DNA of 64,000 nucleotides from Stegostoma tigrinum (GCF_030684315.1 NC_081378.1:23422571-23486570), one strand, 5' to 3'; numbered from the stretch's first letter, positions 13,273-27,141 are shown. The notes: generated from the letters alone by a model not told the origin. Translations and numbers: made by a program.

Positions 13273-13599
13273 AGCTTTTGTGCTCCTGAGATGCTGCTTG
13301 GCCTGCTGTGTTCATCCAGCTTCACACTTTGTTATCCTAAAAAGGTATAGTCTTTTTTCTTTATTTCCTCCTGTTTTTCTAAAATGTTCTCCTCCTTGTT
13401 AGAGACAAATATGAATGACCACAGACTTGAGACCAAGGCTCTATAACTCTCTTGTAGAATTTAGAATTTTAGAATTTGGAACTGTACAGCAAAATTTTCC
13501 TTTGATATATCTTGCAGTTCTGATTTATTCAGTGTAAGGACATCCTACACTCAACATCCAGCCAACGTGCAATCTGTCCTAAATATTAGCCTCCTTTAG

Positions 13600-14360
13600 A
13601 AACAGAGAAATTCAGGAAAAGGACTGTGACATTAAACCTATTAATCTGCCCAAACATTCATTTAGACCAGAGCTGATCTTTTATCTGCATTGCCACTTTC
13701 CCACATTGTTTCCATATCCCAACATACCATTAGTCTCCAGAAATCAATTTCTGTCTTGTGCATGTTGTGTACTCCCTGAGGTATATAATTTCAAAGATTT
13801 GTTACCATCTAGATGAAATTCCTCCTCAGTTCTGTCCTAAACAGCCTTAATGTTATTTGAAATTAAATCCTTGGGTTCTAGAATCAAGGGAAATATTCCA
13901 TCTACATCTATCCTGCCTCACCCACATAAGACTTTATAAGTTTCAATGAGATCACCTCTCATTCCTCAAAACTCTGGAGATAATGTAATGAGTTGCCTCA
14001 ATTTCTTATGAAACAATCCTGCCATTCCAAGGATTAGTCTTGTGAACTTTGTTGAACTTTCTCTTTGGTAAACACATACTTCATTAGATTAGGAGATCTA
14101 AAGTACTCCAGGTGCAGTCTGACCAAGGCTCTATACTTTACTGCATACTTAGCTCCCTTGAAATTAACACCGACTTACAGTTTGCCTTCCTATTGCTTTC
14201 TTCCTACAGCTACCTTTTAGTAACTCTTTGACAAGGACTCTTTGATCCCCTTCAACACCCACACTTCCCAATATCTCGCCACTTGAGATATTCTGCCTTT
14301 CTGGGTTTTTTTCCTGCGAAAGTGAATAGCTCCGCCTTCATTCACTTTATATTCCACTTC
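13600..14360 (-). mobile_element. Decayed CR1-type LINE 3' fragment
   Basis: Collinear similarity to the 1640-2400 CR1 segment (tctacatctatcctg, gtttcaatgagatcacctctcattc). Confidence 0.65.
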
Positions 14361-14449
14361 CCATACCAGAGAAAGAGTTCATGTTTTGAGCCTGTTATGA
14401 CTGTTCTTTTAATTTAACCCTTTCTCATTATACAATAGTAAATCCACAG

Positions 14450-16000
14450 CAGCCTAGTCCCCAGTTGCTTCCTCAATATACTGTTCCAGGAATACATCTT
14501 GTACACACTGCAGGAATTCATCCTCCACATCATTAGAACTGACTTGACTAAACCAGTTTGAATGCAAATTAAAGTTGCCCATTATTACAATCTTTATTTT
14601 TTACAGCCGATCCAACAAAAGAACTACAGTATGGTGTTCTATAAACAACTCTCACCAATGTTTGCTTCCCATGCTATTTCTTATCTCTACCCAAACTGAT
14701 TCTTGATCTAAGATCCTCTTTTACTGATGTACTGATCTCATCTATTATGAGGAGTGGTATCTGCCTGCTTTCTCTATACCTCCCAAATTTAGAACGCCGC
14801 TGAATATTCACTCCCCTATCTCGGTCACCCTGTAGCCACATCTCTGTAATGGCAATGAGATCATATACATTTCCTCGATTTGGGCATTCAAATAATAATC
14901 CTTCCTCGTGAATACACATTCAGATAATGTCTTTGATTCAAACTTTTCAACATTATTTTCCATTTTGATCCTATTTGAATTTTATTATTGCTTTGTCTGT
15001 CTTCTGTTTGTACCTTCTCTTCTATTTTATTTTATTTTATTTTTGCTTCTGTTGAATCTGCATTCCCTCTTGGTTTCTCATTTCTGATTCCACAGAAGAA
15101 CCAGTTTAAGCCCTTCCACCAGCACTCGCAAATTTCCCCAATTGTTAGTTCCTGTCCTGCACAGATCAATTCATCCATCTTGTACAGGTACCACCTACCT
15201 CAGAACAAGTCCTAAAGTGCCAGGAATCAGGTGTCCTCCCTCCTACACTGGTTTTCCAGCCATGTGTTAAATCACCCAGTTCTCCTATTTCTGTATTTCC
15301 TAGCATGTGGGACTGGGTGTATACCTGAGATTCATGCTTTGGAGGTCCTAATTTTTGAATCTCTCTTGTAGCTGTGAAATCAGTTTTCAGGACCTCATTC
15401 CCCTTGTTCCATAAGCCATAGGTACTAATGTAGACAATGTCCCTAGGCTATTCATCCTGACTACGAAGAATATCCCAAGTGCTTGGTGAAAATTTTGATT
15501 GTGGCACTAGAGAAGCAAATATTCCAGCATGGAGTCATGTTTACGACCTCACACCCCCTAACTAAAGAATTGTTTATCAGTATTTATTTTCCACTTGTCT
15601 TAATCCCCTCCTGTACATCTGAGCTGCTGATTGTCCCATTGACTTGCCTATGACTGCAATAGTCTGAAAAACCATTGCTCCTTACCAGTGCATAAAGGGA
15701 AAATGGATTTGTGAGCAGGCTTGTCTCTGGAGTCCTGCACAATCTATCTAGTTCACTTGGAATGCCTTGCGGTCACCCATCCCTTATTTCCCTGCACACC
15801 CCTAACTGAGGTGTGACCATCTCCCCAAAAGTGCTGTCCTCTGCCTCTCAAATGCAGGAGAATGACCCCAGCTGGTGCTTGACTTGCAAACCTGAAGTTC
15901 AAGCTTGTGTAGTTGATGACAGTTCTTTTGGGTGTTTTTGTCTCAGTCTCAAGGTGCTTCCATGACTTCCTGTATTCCACAGGCTGTATATGCCACTTTG
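14450..16000 (-). mobile_element. Decayed CR1-type LINE, endonuclease start and upstream ORF1 region
   Basis: ORF 14674..14919 contains YDLIAITEMWLQGD, the start of the CR1 apurinic endonuclease. Confidence 0.65.
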
Positions 16001-16409
16001 CTGAGCTGCCCTGTTATAACTATACCGATTGTTTGTTTGTTTATTAAAAGTAAAACGGATTACTAGTCCCTCACCAACCAGTTCCTCCTCCTGCTGCAAA
16101 GTCAAATCCAAATACTGGATGCTGAAGAAAGCAGATGAAACAAGGGAAATATAGAGAACATCACCTCCTCCTTCCTTCCTGTAACTCACCATTCACAAAA
16201 TTCACCCAGTTTGAAATCTTCACTCTCCTTACAAGATGCATTTAGGCCTCTGTACTTACACTCTTTGGCATTACACTGTAGTAACCAGGTCTACCTAATT
16301 AATTATTTGGCTGTATTCTAGTTTAGAGGATGATGCAGTGGTAGTGATACCACTTCGGGACCAGATGGTCCAGGCTCAAATCTAACATACCCTAGAATTC
16401 TGTCATAAC

Positions 16410-16920
16410 ATAGCTTCATACAGCATGAAAACAGACTCTTCAGTCCAACTCCTCCATGCCAAACAGACATCCCAATCTAACTTAGTCCGATTTGCCAGCA
16501 TTTAAACCATATCCTCTAAACCTTTCCTATTCATATACAGATCTAGATGCCTTTTAAGTGTAATTGTACCCGCTTCCACCACTTCCGCTGGCAGATCATT
16601 CCATACATGCTCCACCCTCTGCATGAAAAAGTGTTTTTCAAAATCTTTCCTGTCTCACCTTAAACCTATACCCTGTAGTTTTGGATCTCCCCCCACCAAC
16701 CCTATGAAAAAGACCCTGGCTATTTACCCTATCTATGCGCTCAGGATTTTATAAACTGCTATAAGGTTACCTCTCAGCCTCCAACACTCCCTATAACTCA
16801 AACCCTCCAGTCCAAGCAAGATCCTTGTAAATCCCCTCTGCACTCTCTCAAGTTTAACAACATTCTTCCTATAGAAGGGTGCCCAGAATTGTACACGGTA
16901 TTCTAAAAGTGGCCTTCTGA
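16410..16920 (-). mobile_element. CR1-type LINE 3' end
   Basis: RPLLEYRVQFWAPFYRKNVVKLERVQRGFTRILLGLEGLSYRE, followed by a typical tail. Confidence 0.85.
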
Positions 16921-17299
16921 ATAGGTTGATTAACAATTTTTTTTTCCCCTGCCTAACACCAACAACTTTAATTTTTTACCATACTGCAAATCTTAGCACA
17001 ATAAATGCCAGTTAAATATTAGCTACAGAAAACACTTTTCATAAGATATTAACACTTAATAACACATACTCTGCTTGGAATTTCTATGGAATCAACATAT
17101 GTATAAAATACCAAGTTAATGGAGCGCTATTATTTTGTTGAATCAAAGAAATGGAGCAAATAAAGAGTTCCACTAAAAATTGAACTAATCATTGGCTAAT
17201 TTATTTTGGCATATTGTATGCCCAGAAGTTGTGTAGTCAGGTAGTTTTTGCTGGTATCCATGTTTAAGCAGGAAATAATATTCTATCTCTTTCTATCAG

Positions 17300-17412
17300 G
17301 GAGTGGTTCATGTAATCCTGGGGAATCATATGAACATGATGTCACACTCTATGCCGTGGTTGAGGGTAGAAAAGAGCACGTTTTGGATGTGTTGCCTTTT
17401 TCATCCTACAGG
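17300..17412 (+). CDS. RELN: Reelin coding exon (~exon 13), 113 bp
   Basis: Acceptor ctctttctatcag, donor gtaagt. GSGSCNPGESYEHDVTLYAVVEGRKEHVLDVLPFSSYR (inside ORF 17248..17448). Confidence 0.95.
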
Positions 17413-18615
17413 GTAAGTGGAATTGCTGCTTGTTCTTTAAATGCCTAACTTTAATTAATCAGTATTTTAAGGTAATATGTCTGCAATGTGTATTTGAGTG
17501 CATATGGATAGCATAGATCCTACCAGACCATGATATCAGGATCTTAAATGAACAGTTTATCTTTCAGCTCATTAATTAAATGAAAGTAAGGACAGGAAAC
17601 ATAGCATTATAGTAATGGGGTACAGATTCAATCTCTCCCTTCTGCTCTGCCAAGTTTCTAATCACTGCCACATCTGCAAAGTCGTGTGGTAGTTAGAGCA
17701 CAGTCAGATTTTCCAGGACTGTGGAAAAGTGAACAGAGAGCTGTCTGCTGTTGCCGTTACTCATCAGCCACATATGAATGAATGACTTTGTGATAAATCT
17801 ACAGGCACGTGACAAACTGCAAATGCTGTCATCAGAAGTGTGCCCCCAGGGAGATGAGAAAGTTAATAAAGGTTCTTCTAAAAAAAATTCAAATATTCAT
17901 AACTTCAACCAATAAGAAAATTTACTTTATGACTACAAATCGTTGAGGATTTTCAATGTTAATATCCGTATGTGTTTTTATATCTTTTATTAAAATGTAA
18001 CAGTTTCAACTGGTTACTTAGGATGAGCAAAGTGACTTCTTTCTATGTAATTTCTTATTGCCCAAGGGTTACTGATCATAACTCAAAACCATAATATCAC
18101 GGAAATTGCTGGCACCAAGAATTCCTTTTACCAGTGCAAAGGTTCAACCTACCCTGTTGCTGTTTTTTTACACCACATTCTAATCAACCCTAACCAAAGG
18201 CCCTAATCAACAACATGGTAGTCATTATAAGTTTATCTGTGCTATTCCTCGTTATTGTTGCAAATCGGTGAGATTGAACTGCTGCATTACCCAGCTGGAT
18301 AGTTAAGGTAGTGACAGCATATTCTATATCTTCCTTCTTACGTGTCATGCTGTCACATTTTGTTGCATGGTGCTTCTGTGAATCATCTGGTGTTTAATTT
18401 TGTTAAAAGTACGATACAAACAAGTATAAATTGGTATCAACTATAATTTAGAAGGAGAAACATTAACTTGTGTCTGTTTAAAGCTATTATTAATGATTTT
18501 GGCCCCGTTTCAACTACTCAGCGTATATAAAACAATTTCCTGACCCTTTGCCAATAGTAATGTGGCAGAATTAATCAGCCAAAGGGTGATATTTATGACT
18601 TTATATCCCCATTTT

Positions 18616-18657
18616 GTCCCATTTTACTTGTTTCCAGTCCCATTTTACTTGTTTCCA
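18616..18657 (+). repeat. Perfect 21 bp tandem duplication
   Basis: gtcccattttacttgtttcca occurs twice in tandem. Confidence 0.9.
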
Positions 18658-18899
18658 AGAGTCTGTCTCAGATCAGAAGGGGTGTAAAGTGTGAAATTTT
18701 CTTTAATACAGTAACAGTGGTCCAAGATCCTTAACAGTCAGCAATATTTTCCTATCAAGTTTCGTCTGGGTATATAATACTTGACAACTCTTTGCTAACT
18801 TCAATGAATCTAGCAACGTGACAATGGTTAACTGCTTATGTGTTAAAATTAAAGAATTTAAAAAGTTTCTACCTTTTAACCTATTGGCATTGTTTGCAG

Positions 18900-19108
18900 A
18901 AACCAGCCCTAGTTTCAGTTGCTATCAGTCCAGAACTCCAGACATCTGCCACAAAGTTCTGCCTGAAACAGAAGAGCCACCGAGGACTGAACAGGAACGT
19001 GTGGGCTGTGGATTTCTTCCACATTCTACCTGTCATGCCACCATCACCTTCTCACTTAGCAGAGTTTTCTATCAACTTGGGCTGTGGATCTCTTCAACCA
19101 GGCAACAG
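18900..19108 (+). CDS. RELN: Reelin coding exon (~exon 14), 209 bp
   Basis: Acceptor tgtttgcag, donor gtagca. [69 protein letters not shown]. Confidence 0.96.
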
Positions 19109-20428
19109 GTAGCAGCATTTTGATCACCTGGTGACATTTTCTTGTCTTGGGCAATTTGTTTAACAGTTTATAACATAATACATAGTCCATCATGATGGCT
19201 CAAGAGTAAATATGTTGCCAAATTGTGACTGTGAGCCCTGCAGACCAGAAAGGACCGAGGTTTAATCCTTTGATCGCTAGATTGAGCTTTCTTTATCATT
19301 ATTGACCTATTTTCCAATCAGAAATTGCACACAACTGAAGTAACAAACATCTTCATTCTACAAACAATAATGAATCATTATGGCTGTGCTTCATGATTGG
19401 CTAATTCCCATTACCTTTGAATATTCATTGGTTTGATGGCTACAATTGTCAGTTATTTTATGTGAAGGGCTCTGAAACTATCTGCACTAACCAAAACTTC
19501 ATTAATTGCTGCTTTCAGTGACGTGCTTTCTTGTTTAAACAAATGTAGCTGCAGACTGTTAGTCACACACAAAGTTAATTTCAGAATATCTAGCGGTATC
19601 ACAAGAAAAACAAGATGTAGCCCAAATCTGAGACCTAGAGCTGCCACTGACCTGGAATTACACCTGTGATATGAGAAAGAACCTCCATCTGCCCAAGTCC
19701 ATGCTTTGTTTCATGATTGAGAAGTATTTGCCTGTTTGGGTAAGCTATCTGCAAATGTAAGGGCCATCAACCACATTTTGCTTAAATATTGCCGCGAAAC
19801 CCACAGTTGCTTTCCCAAAATTGATCTCCTTTTTCTTTCTCAACTGTAGTGGGATATGAGGCAGACAAAGCATGTGCTTATATTTTTTCCAGGAACATGT
19901 CGTTAGCCTACCACCAGAGGCTATTCCTTGTAAAGGGCTGCTCCACATGGCTAACCAGTACTCTCTTCTGTACTTACCACCTGCCAAAGGCATAGTAAAA
20001 GGATTTGAGGGTTGAGAATCAACTTGTTTGACCATGTTTTGAAGGCACCTTCTCTGGCCATCAAGTCCTCAAGTAGGACTCAAAACCAGAGCTTCAGGTT
20101 CACAGGCAGAGATATTACCCTTGCTCTACAAGACCTCCTCTCAAAGCCTATCAGGAAACATGAATTCTTTGGTCATTCCCCCTTTTCAGAAAAATAGCTT
20201 ATTTGGTATCAATTGCCCTTCTTTTGCAAAGGTTTGCAAACTTTTCAGAGATTCACTAGAGAGCTCCTGTCAGCTCCCAGTTAGTTCTGCTGATGCCTTG
20301 ATAGACTCCATAGATTTACAGCCTGAACTGAATAGTTCCTTGGCTCCAATTAAGTCTACTAAATCATTCTTTGTGAAGAATGGTGATGATGACTCCATTT
20401 TTAAAAAATTTCATTTCTATACTACCAG

Positions 20429-20557
20429 CATAAGTTTGGAGTTTTCAACAAATCATGGACGATCGTGGTCCCTACTGCACATGGAGTGCCTGCCTGACCT
20501 ATGCACAGGCCCACACCATCCCCACAGCTCTGTCTATTCTTCTGAAAACTATAGTGG
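20429..20557 (+). CDS. RELN: Reelin coding exon (~exon 15), 129 bp, with Asp-box/BNR motif
   Basis: Acceptor actaccag, donor gtaaga. [43 protein letters not shown]; STNHGRSW is the Asp-box. Confidence 0.97.
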
Positions 20558-20903
20558 GTAAGAATCTAACTTAAATTCTATTATTATCTTTGATTTAAAA
20601 AAACTTTAAATTACTACGGTGTAGTGCGGAATGACTCTTCCCTTTCTCCATCCCTCTCGATACACCCCACCTTCCTTCCTTCCATGCCACTCCACCAGTA
20701 GCAAGCCAAACAGTGGAGCTGAAATAGTGCCAGACCCTGTTGAAAAGAAGCTAAATGAGAGTGATCCAGGAACTTAGTTGGCTCAGTAACTGTTCAGTCA
20801 GATGGGGTGCCATACTTCTGCACATTTCTGAAATCACTGAACTAGTAAAAATATCAATATTGAAGAGGTCATTTGATAACATGTATGTTGTCCTGTGTTA
20901 CAG

Positions 20904-21013
20904 GTGGAGTCGTATAACCATTCCTCTGCCATATGCAGCGCTCACCACAGGGACCAGATTTCGTTGGAGCCAGATGGGCCCTGTGGCTGGAAATATGTGG
21001 GCAATTGACAATG
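20904..21013 (+). CDS. RELN: Reelin coding exon (~exon 16), 110 bp
   Basis: Acceptor gtgttacag, donor gttagt. [36 protein letters not shown]. Confidence 0.97.
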
Positions 21014-21958
21014 GTTAGTCATATTGGGCATTTGAAATTTAATATTATACAAAGTAGAATCAACATGATTGCAGGTGTCCAAGTTGTGTTCAGCTAGTTA
21101 TTTCCTTGCATGTTTCATTTAGTTTGTTTGAATTGCTTATTTAATTGGGACATTTGGAAAACTCTATAATGAATAATAACTAATAGCTGATAGACAATTC
21201 AATCTGAAGTTCTATTAATATGCTACTATATGTCATAGCAATTTTTTAACAATGATTCATTTTTTCAACTTGTATCATCTTTTATTAAAAACAATGACTC
21301 ATGGGTTAAATGTACACCTTTGTTTGAGTTTCAACCATTCAAACCAGAAGATTCCACGTTCCTGATCAAAGTTGATCAGGGTGAGATTGATTTTCCTGAG
21401 ATTGATTTGTCCCTGCACTAGAAAACACCTGGCCATGGTTCTCATTCCTGACTGCAAAACAGAAACCCTTGCTTGAAGCTGATATGCATCAGCTTTGAAT
21501 TTGAAACTTGCTAGGTTCAGGATTTGAACTCTGTACACAATCTACCATCACAGCAGCAATCACAATTGGGGCTGAAAAAATGGCCATATTTGTGAAGTGT
21601 CAAAGAATGAACATTTCCTATGAAGCTTTAAAAACAAATGACTTGAATCCTTTAGTAGGGTTATAGTGACAGAAAATGAATAAAGGTTAAAGAAGAATGG
21701 ATAAAGTTGTAGTGGCACAAATGTTAGGCATCAACCATATCACTGTTCATATTTCCTTTGAATTCTTCCTGTGTATAATGTTAGCAAAATATTCAGTTGT
21801 AGAGGACAAAACAGATAATCTTAGTTATTTAGGGCAATATATTTTATCAATGTGACATGTTCACCCAGTTTATTCCTGTTGTGAATCTTGTAAACAAAAT
21901 TTAGCTCAAGCTGACATTGCAATAGTCTGATCTTTGAGATGTTTTATTCCTTCTGCAG

Positions 21959-22025
21959 TCTACATTGGCCCTGCGTGCTACAAATTGTGCTCTGGCCGAG
22001 GTCGATGTACCACCAACGGATGCAA
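21959..22025 (+). CDS. RELN: Reelin coding exon (~exon 17), 67 bp, first part of the EGF-like module
   Basis: Acceptor ccttctgcag, donor gtaaga. [23 protein letters not shown]; too short for the ORF track. Confidence 0.96.
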
Positions 22026-25000
22026 GTAAGATGAAACATGATTAATTTCTTTCAATGAGGTTTACACGTGACTTTTTGTTATCGCCAACAAATTAAAACA
22101 TTCTTACTGACCTAATTCCTTTGATAATTAAACTTGTTTTAGCATCCCCAGTCTTTCGCTCACTTGACACACACTGTTTATTTATTCGGGACCTGTTTAT
22201 TGACCCATCACAACAGACTTTAAGTAAACTTCCTGTAGATAATGTCTCATTTGATACAATTTATTCTCAATCTTGAAGCATTTCACAGTGCTCACATCGG
22301 TCAAATTAAGTGGTAAAGTAAACTCTGAAAATAACTGGCAGAGCAATATTTTTGCTAATTAGTATTTGATGGATTATGTGGTGACCATTTGACATAAAAT
22401 TTGCATAAATGAATCAAGGTGCCAGATGTCATGATGATTGTAAACCATACACAGTGTTGTTCTGTGGAGACATTGAGATTTCCTCTGTGCGTCAAATGTC
22501 TTGTACTACTTTTGTAAAGAACACATTGTGGTTTTACTTAATATGGCAGTTTTTGCAAGTTGAAACTTAGCTTCTCAATGCTGTTTTTCAGGCAAATATT
22601 GAGGAACTTTGGAGTTTTGGCAGTAGCAATCAGATGAATGAGAAACTAACAGGGGCTTCTAACAGAAATGACTGTCATTATTCATCATGTCAAAAATAAT
22701 TTAAAATGATTCAGAGAAATGAATTTATATTGAAGTGTTTCTAAATTTATTATGATCAGGTCAAGTGAAGACATTCCTGTCAATTATTGTTTTCAAAAGT
22801 CATGTAAAAAATTCTAGCAACAGTCCTTATGCATATTTAAGGCTGGGATGGGGCAATAAAGGGTTACAGGGACTTGCAGGAAGGTAGACATGAAAAAGAT
22901 TTTAGACCAGTCATCATTTTATTGAATGGCAGAATAAGCTTGAGGAGCTGACTCGCCTACTCCTGTTTGTTTCTCAGGTTCTTATGGTCCTAACCGCAAA
23001 GTAAATCCCTGTATTCCCCTTGCCTGATGCCTAAAAGTTCAATATGTTGCCAGGCTTCCCACATGGTATGGGCCATCCTCTAACATAGTTGAAGTAACAT
23101 TGAAGACAGGATGAGGCACTTATATGGCTATTAATGGACTCTTAAGGAGTTCAACAAACTTCAGGTCAGGGGTCTATCTAACACCTACTTCAAAATAGGA
23201 GACTGGTTGAGTGTGAATCATATGCTGCATTTTACAGTATCCTCACCTTCAAACATGTTACCTGGGCAGCATTACACCAACCATCCCAGCCCTGGATCTC
23301 TGGTCCATATCCAATTGAAAGAGGCATTAATGATTTGTCTTGAAAAACCAATAGTAGAGCACTTGAAAAACTAAAAGCATTAGAAAAGCACCATCAGCAC
23401 TGCCCTTGCAGATTCTCCAAATCTAGTTCTAAGAAAGTTGGTCCAACAGTAGCATCCTCTCCTAAGTCAACATGCCGAGCATTGAGACACTAATCACTCA
23501 AATGCAGCAGCACTGGGTCCTGTCAATATTCTTGAATGTTGTTGGAGTTACACTCATCCAGGCAAGTGGGGAGCATTCCATTACGCTCCTGAGTTGTGTC
23601 TCATTGCTGGTGGGCAGGCTTTGGGGAGTCAAGCGGTGAATTGGGGGTTGTACTTGTCACTGTGTGGCTGACACCAGACTTTTATAATAACTGCCCTAGT
23701 TGCAACTCAGTTAGGAGTACAACAGAAACACTTTAGAAATGTCCTCTCTGAAGAAGTCAAACATTCACGCCAACTCCTGGGAGTGTCTGACCTTTGATCA
23801 ATAAAAGTGGAAAAAACTAATTTGGGAAGGTACCAAACTATTTTGAGACTTTGCTGTCCAACCCTTCCAGCAGAGTCTGCGGATTGTGCACTGAACATAG
23901 CAGCAGCCATCTCAGAACTCCTCAAATTGGAGTGGAAGCAAATCATCTTAAATCCTGAGGGGCTGCCTAAGAATATGGAATTGATCTGTCAAAGTCAAAC
24001 TCGTTCAGGTCATGAGATCTGGGACTTAGCTACATCCTTGAAAGATTTTGGACAAGAGTATAGTGAGGTGTTGTGGGAATGGCATTTCTATCTTCTATGG
24101 TAGCTGATGGTTTTGTGACCAGACAAGAAGTGTGGCTCTTTCGGTTGTCTTCTTCTGGCAGGAGGCTGAAATGCACTAATGGTCACATGGACACCTTGGC
24201 AATGTTATATTTGTCAGGGAATTTAGTCTGCAAAAGCCGTAGGCAGAGATCACCAGAAGATACATCCCTGGTGTTTACATTAGAAACTCTCCTCCACATA
24301 TTCAACTCTAACCTTCGAAATATAGAAAGTAGACAGATTACTAATTAGGATTCGGATTTTAAACCTTCAAAATAAAAGCCATCTACACCCAACAGTATAT
24401 TGTACAACAATACTGAAAGCAGGCACTGGGTTTTATTAGAAGAGCATCAAAATAATATCAAGGAAATAGTAAGACTCTATCCCATATGCTGCACAAATCA
24501 CTTTTACGCAGAAAGTATTTTTGACCATGTTGTCCCATATTGGCCAAGTCAACAAGAAAATCACATCTATATTCATTAATTATAACTATCAATGCTCAAT
24601 AGATAAAAATATCCCTGTGTACTACATCCTTCAAGTGTGTAACAAAAAAACCCAATGTTCCTGGGATAATGAAAACAAAAGATGTGCATGTTCAGATTGA
24701 GAAAGAAGAGGTTTTGTGATCAGCTAATTAATAGTTTCCAAAATTATGAAAAGCACTGACACTGCTGAATTAAATAAATTATTCCATTAATTTAGCTCTC
24801 AGATGTCAAACAGGCATATCCATTTTCTTTAACGAGTGGAAAATCATGAACTGATGATTGTAAAAATTCCAACTTGGGCCACGACACTTCTTAAAATGTA
24901 GGAATAGAGAATTTAAACAGAACTGTTACCTACAGAGGCCAACAATATTTGGAATAAGTTAGCATTGAATTGAAGCATATTATTAGGTTTCAGTGTAAAT

Positions 25001-25416
25001 ACTACACGCACATTCTGTAGAAATAAAACTGTGAAGAGACCGGAAAGTGGATATGCAGTCCATCAAGAAGTGTGATGGCTGTAAGGTCAAACAGCCTTTT
25101 CTCACAACCATCAATATTTATGTTTTTCAAAACAAGAAAATAAATATTATCTGTCACTGATCAATTATTACAAATCTAAGTCTAGCCTTTAGAGGACAAA
25201 GGATGCAGCATAAAGATGCTTTGGAGATTCCCCTAATTCAAAAGCTTCAAGCTTAAAGTACCAGTGTAAATCCTGAAGGAAACCAATTTGCTGACACTGG
25301 AAATGTGTTAAATGCTATGATTATAAATAATAATCTACTGTAAAATATTTAAGCCCAGTTACAGTTCTGTTAACTTTTTAGTGTAAATCTGGCTACTTCT
25401 ACATTTTTTTTTCCAG

Positions 25417-25650
25417 ATGTGACCCAGGATTTTCAGGACCTGGTTGTGACATAGCCTCACAGACATTTCCTACCATCATTTCAGAAAGTTTTAGTAATTC
25501 GCGGCTATCATCCTATCACAACTTCCACTCAATCCGCGGTGCAGAGCTTGGCTTTGGTTGTGGCGTCCTCTCAAGTGGCAAGGCATTGGTATTTAACAAA
25601 GAGGGAAGGCGAGAGCTCATTACTTCATTCCTGGACAGCACTCTAGCTAG
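25417..25650 (+). CDS. RELN: Reelin coding exon (~exon 18), 234 bp
   Basis: Acceptor tttttttttccag, donor gtaaat. [78 protein letters not shown]; absent from the ORF track. Confidence 0.97.
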
Positions 25651-26414
25651 GTAAATAATAAGATCCTTAATGAACAATTGTAATTATAAATGGCTGCTAG
25701 TGTTCACACAGAAGTGATGTGCTTTTAGCCTGAGGCTATTATTGTTTATCTTGCTGTCTGTAGAATTCTTCACAGTTTTTAAAAAAAAGTTGCCTCAGAA
25801 GCCAGTTTGCTAGTTCATTGAATACTTTTGGGATGCTATTGCCACTTTTTCATCAAACAGCTGAAAGACATAGTAGCACTGTGGTCCTGCACTACATAAT
25901 CTTTATCATACTGGTTCAAGCCTCCTTGAAGACAGTGGGCCAAGATAACTGTGTTAGTCTAAACTGAAATTTTCACACCCCAATCCATGTTTGTATCTGC
26001 TTTGAACTCAGAAAATGACACCCTTATGTCAAGTGTAACATTAAAATAAATGTTTGTTACTTCACTCAGAGAAATAAAAAGGTGAGATTAACATTCTACA
26101 ATATGAAAGTAGATATATTTTCATCAAGTTGCCGCTGTTTTGAGACAGGTTCCTGTTCAGTGACTTTCTTTCACCTCAACCTTGCTACCTGCGATCTAGA
26201 GCTTTCTTTGCAGGCATTTTGTGGCTGAGAAAATAAAATGTTTGCATTAAACTTCACCAGACTGGTACTGATTATGTGGAATATTGTCTTAAAATGGGAG
26301 TGACAAAGTTGTTTTTGTGTTTATGGAGCAAAATGGTTTGAGTTGTGGAGCTTTTACCACTCCATGTGAAGGTCAAATTGATGTTCCCCTTAAATCCATA
26401 TGTCTCAACTTGCT

Positions 26415-26689
26415 AGTGCTATCAGATCTTGGTGCCTCATCATTTGGTAATTAAATCTGCTATTTTCAAATCTCCATAAGCATGTCCACAAGCAGACAAA
26501 ACAGCAGATAAACACTTCAGCACAAATTGAATTGTTTTGAGCTTGAAGGCTGAGCTGCTGGGCTCAGAGCCAGTAGGCTACAAACCCTAATTTTGTATTA
26601 TGTGACATAAGCTAAAATTACATCATAAGGGTGGAAAAATCATTCAAAAAAGAGATGATTTGGCAGCAACCGATTGCTGCCAGCCCAGA
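26415..26689 (+). repeat. ~275 bp direct repeat, copy 1
   Basis: agtgctatcag...ggcagcaaccgatt.ctgccagc is repeated at 28998-29278 with long exact blocks. Confidence 0.9.
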
Positions 26690-27141
26690 GTGACACATTG
26701 ATGCAGAATGCAATTAAATTTCATCAGATGAGCACAGAGAATTAAAGCATGGCGTACACGTTTTCAAGATGTATTGACCTAAGTGCATTCTGTAATTTCT
26801 GATAATATGGCAGCCTATTGATCTTTCTGCTTCAAGCTATAGTACCTGTCTGGAGTAAATCCATTGAGCAGTTGACTGATGAATCTAGAGTTATCAATAA
26901 AAGGTTATTTCCAAAGTCTCTCAAAGTGATTTCAGCCAAAGCAGCATTAGAATTGTGAAATTGAGCTATTATCACCAACCGATGACCTATTCTGAAGCCA
27001 TTGGGTATCAGCTATTAGGTTCACTATAATGTGCATGTTATAATTACTTAAGAAGGAGCTCTCACTATTGGTCACAAGAAACACCCAAGAAGAAAACTTT
27101 AGGGCTCAGAGGTCAGTCAAGAACAAACACCTCACTAAGAG

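Larger units (their letters stand above)
11198..13335. mobile_element. Penelope-like element, inverted pair A: minus arm 11198-12538, plus arm 12538-13335, both 5'-truncated
   Basis: GIY-YIG endonuclease peptides on both strands (NVVYCIHCTRCGIVYIGETKRRLGDRF, ORF 12533..13015 +; ORF 11616..12071 -). TSD cctaaaaaggtata at 11184-11197 and 13336-13349. Confidence 0.92.

Noticed and set aside
11279-13402. Many overlapping ORFs in alternative frames and on both strands over the PLE copies (also 35419-36975 and 49942-52041)
   Set aside because: Shadow ORFs of C-rich, stop-poor PLE coding sequence; only the RT/GIY-YIG frame has recognisable motifs.
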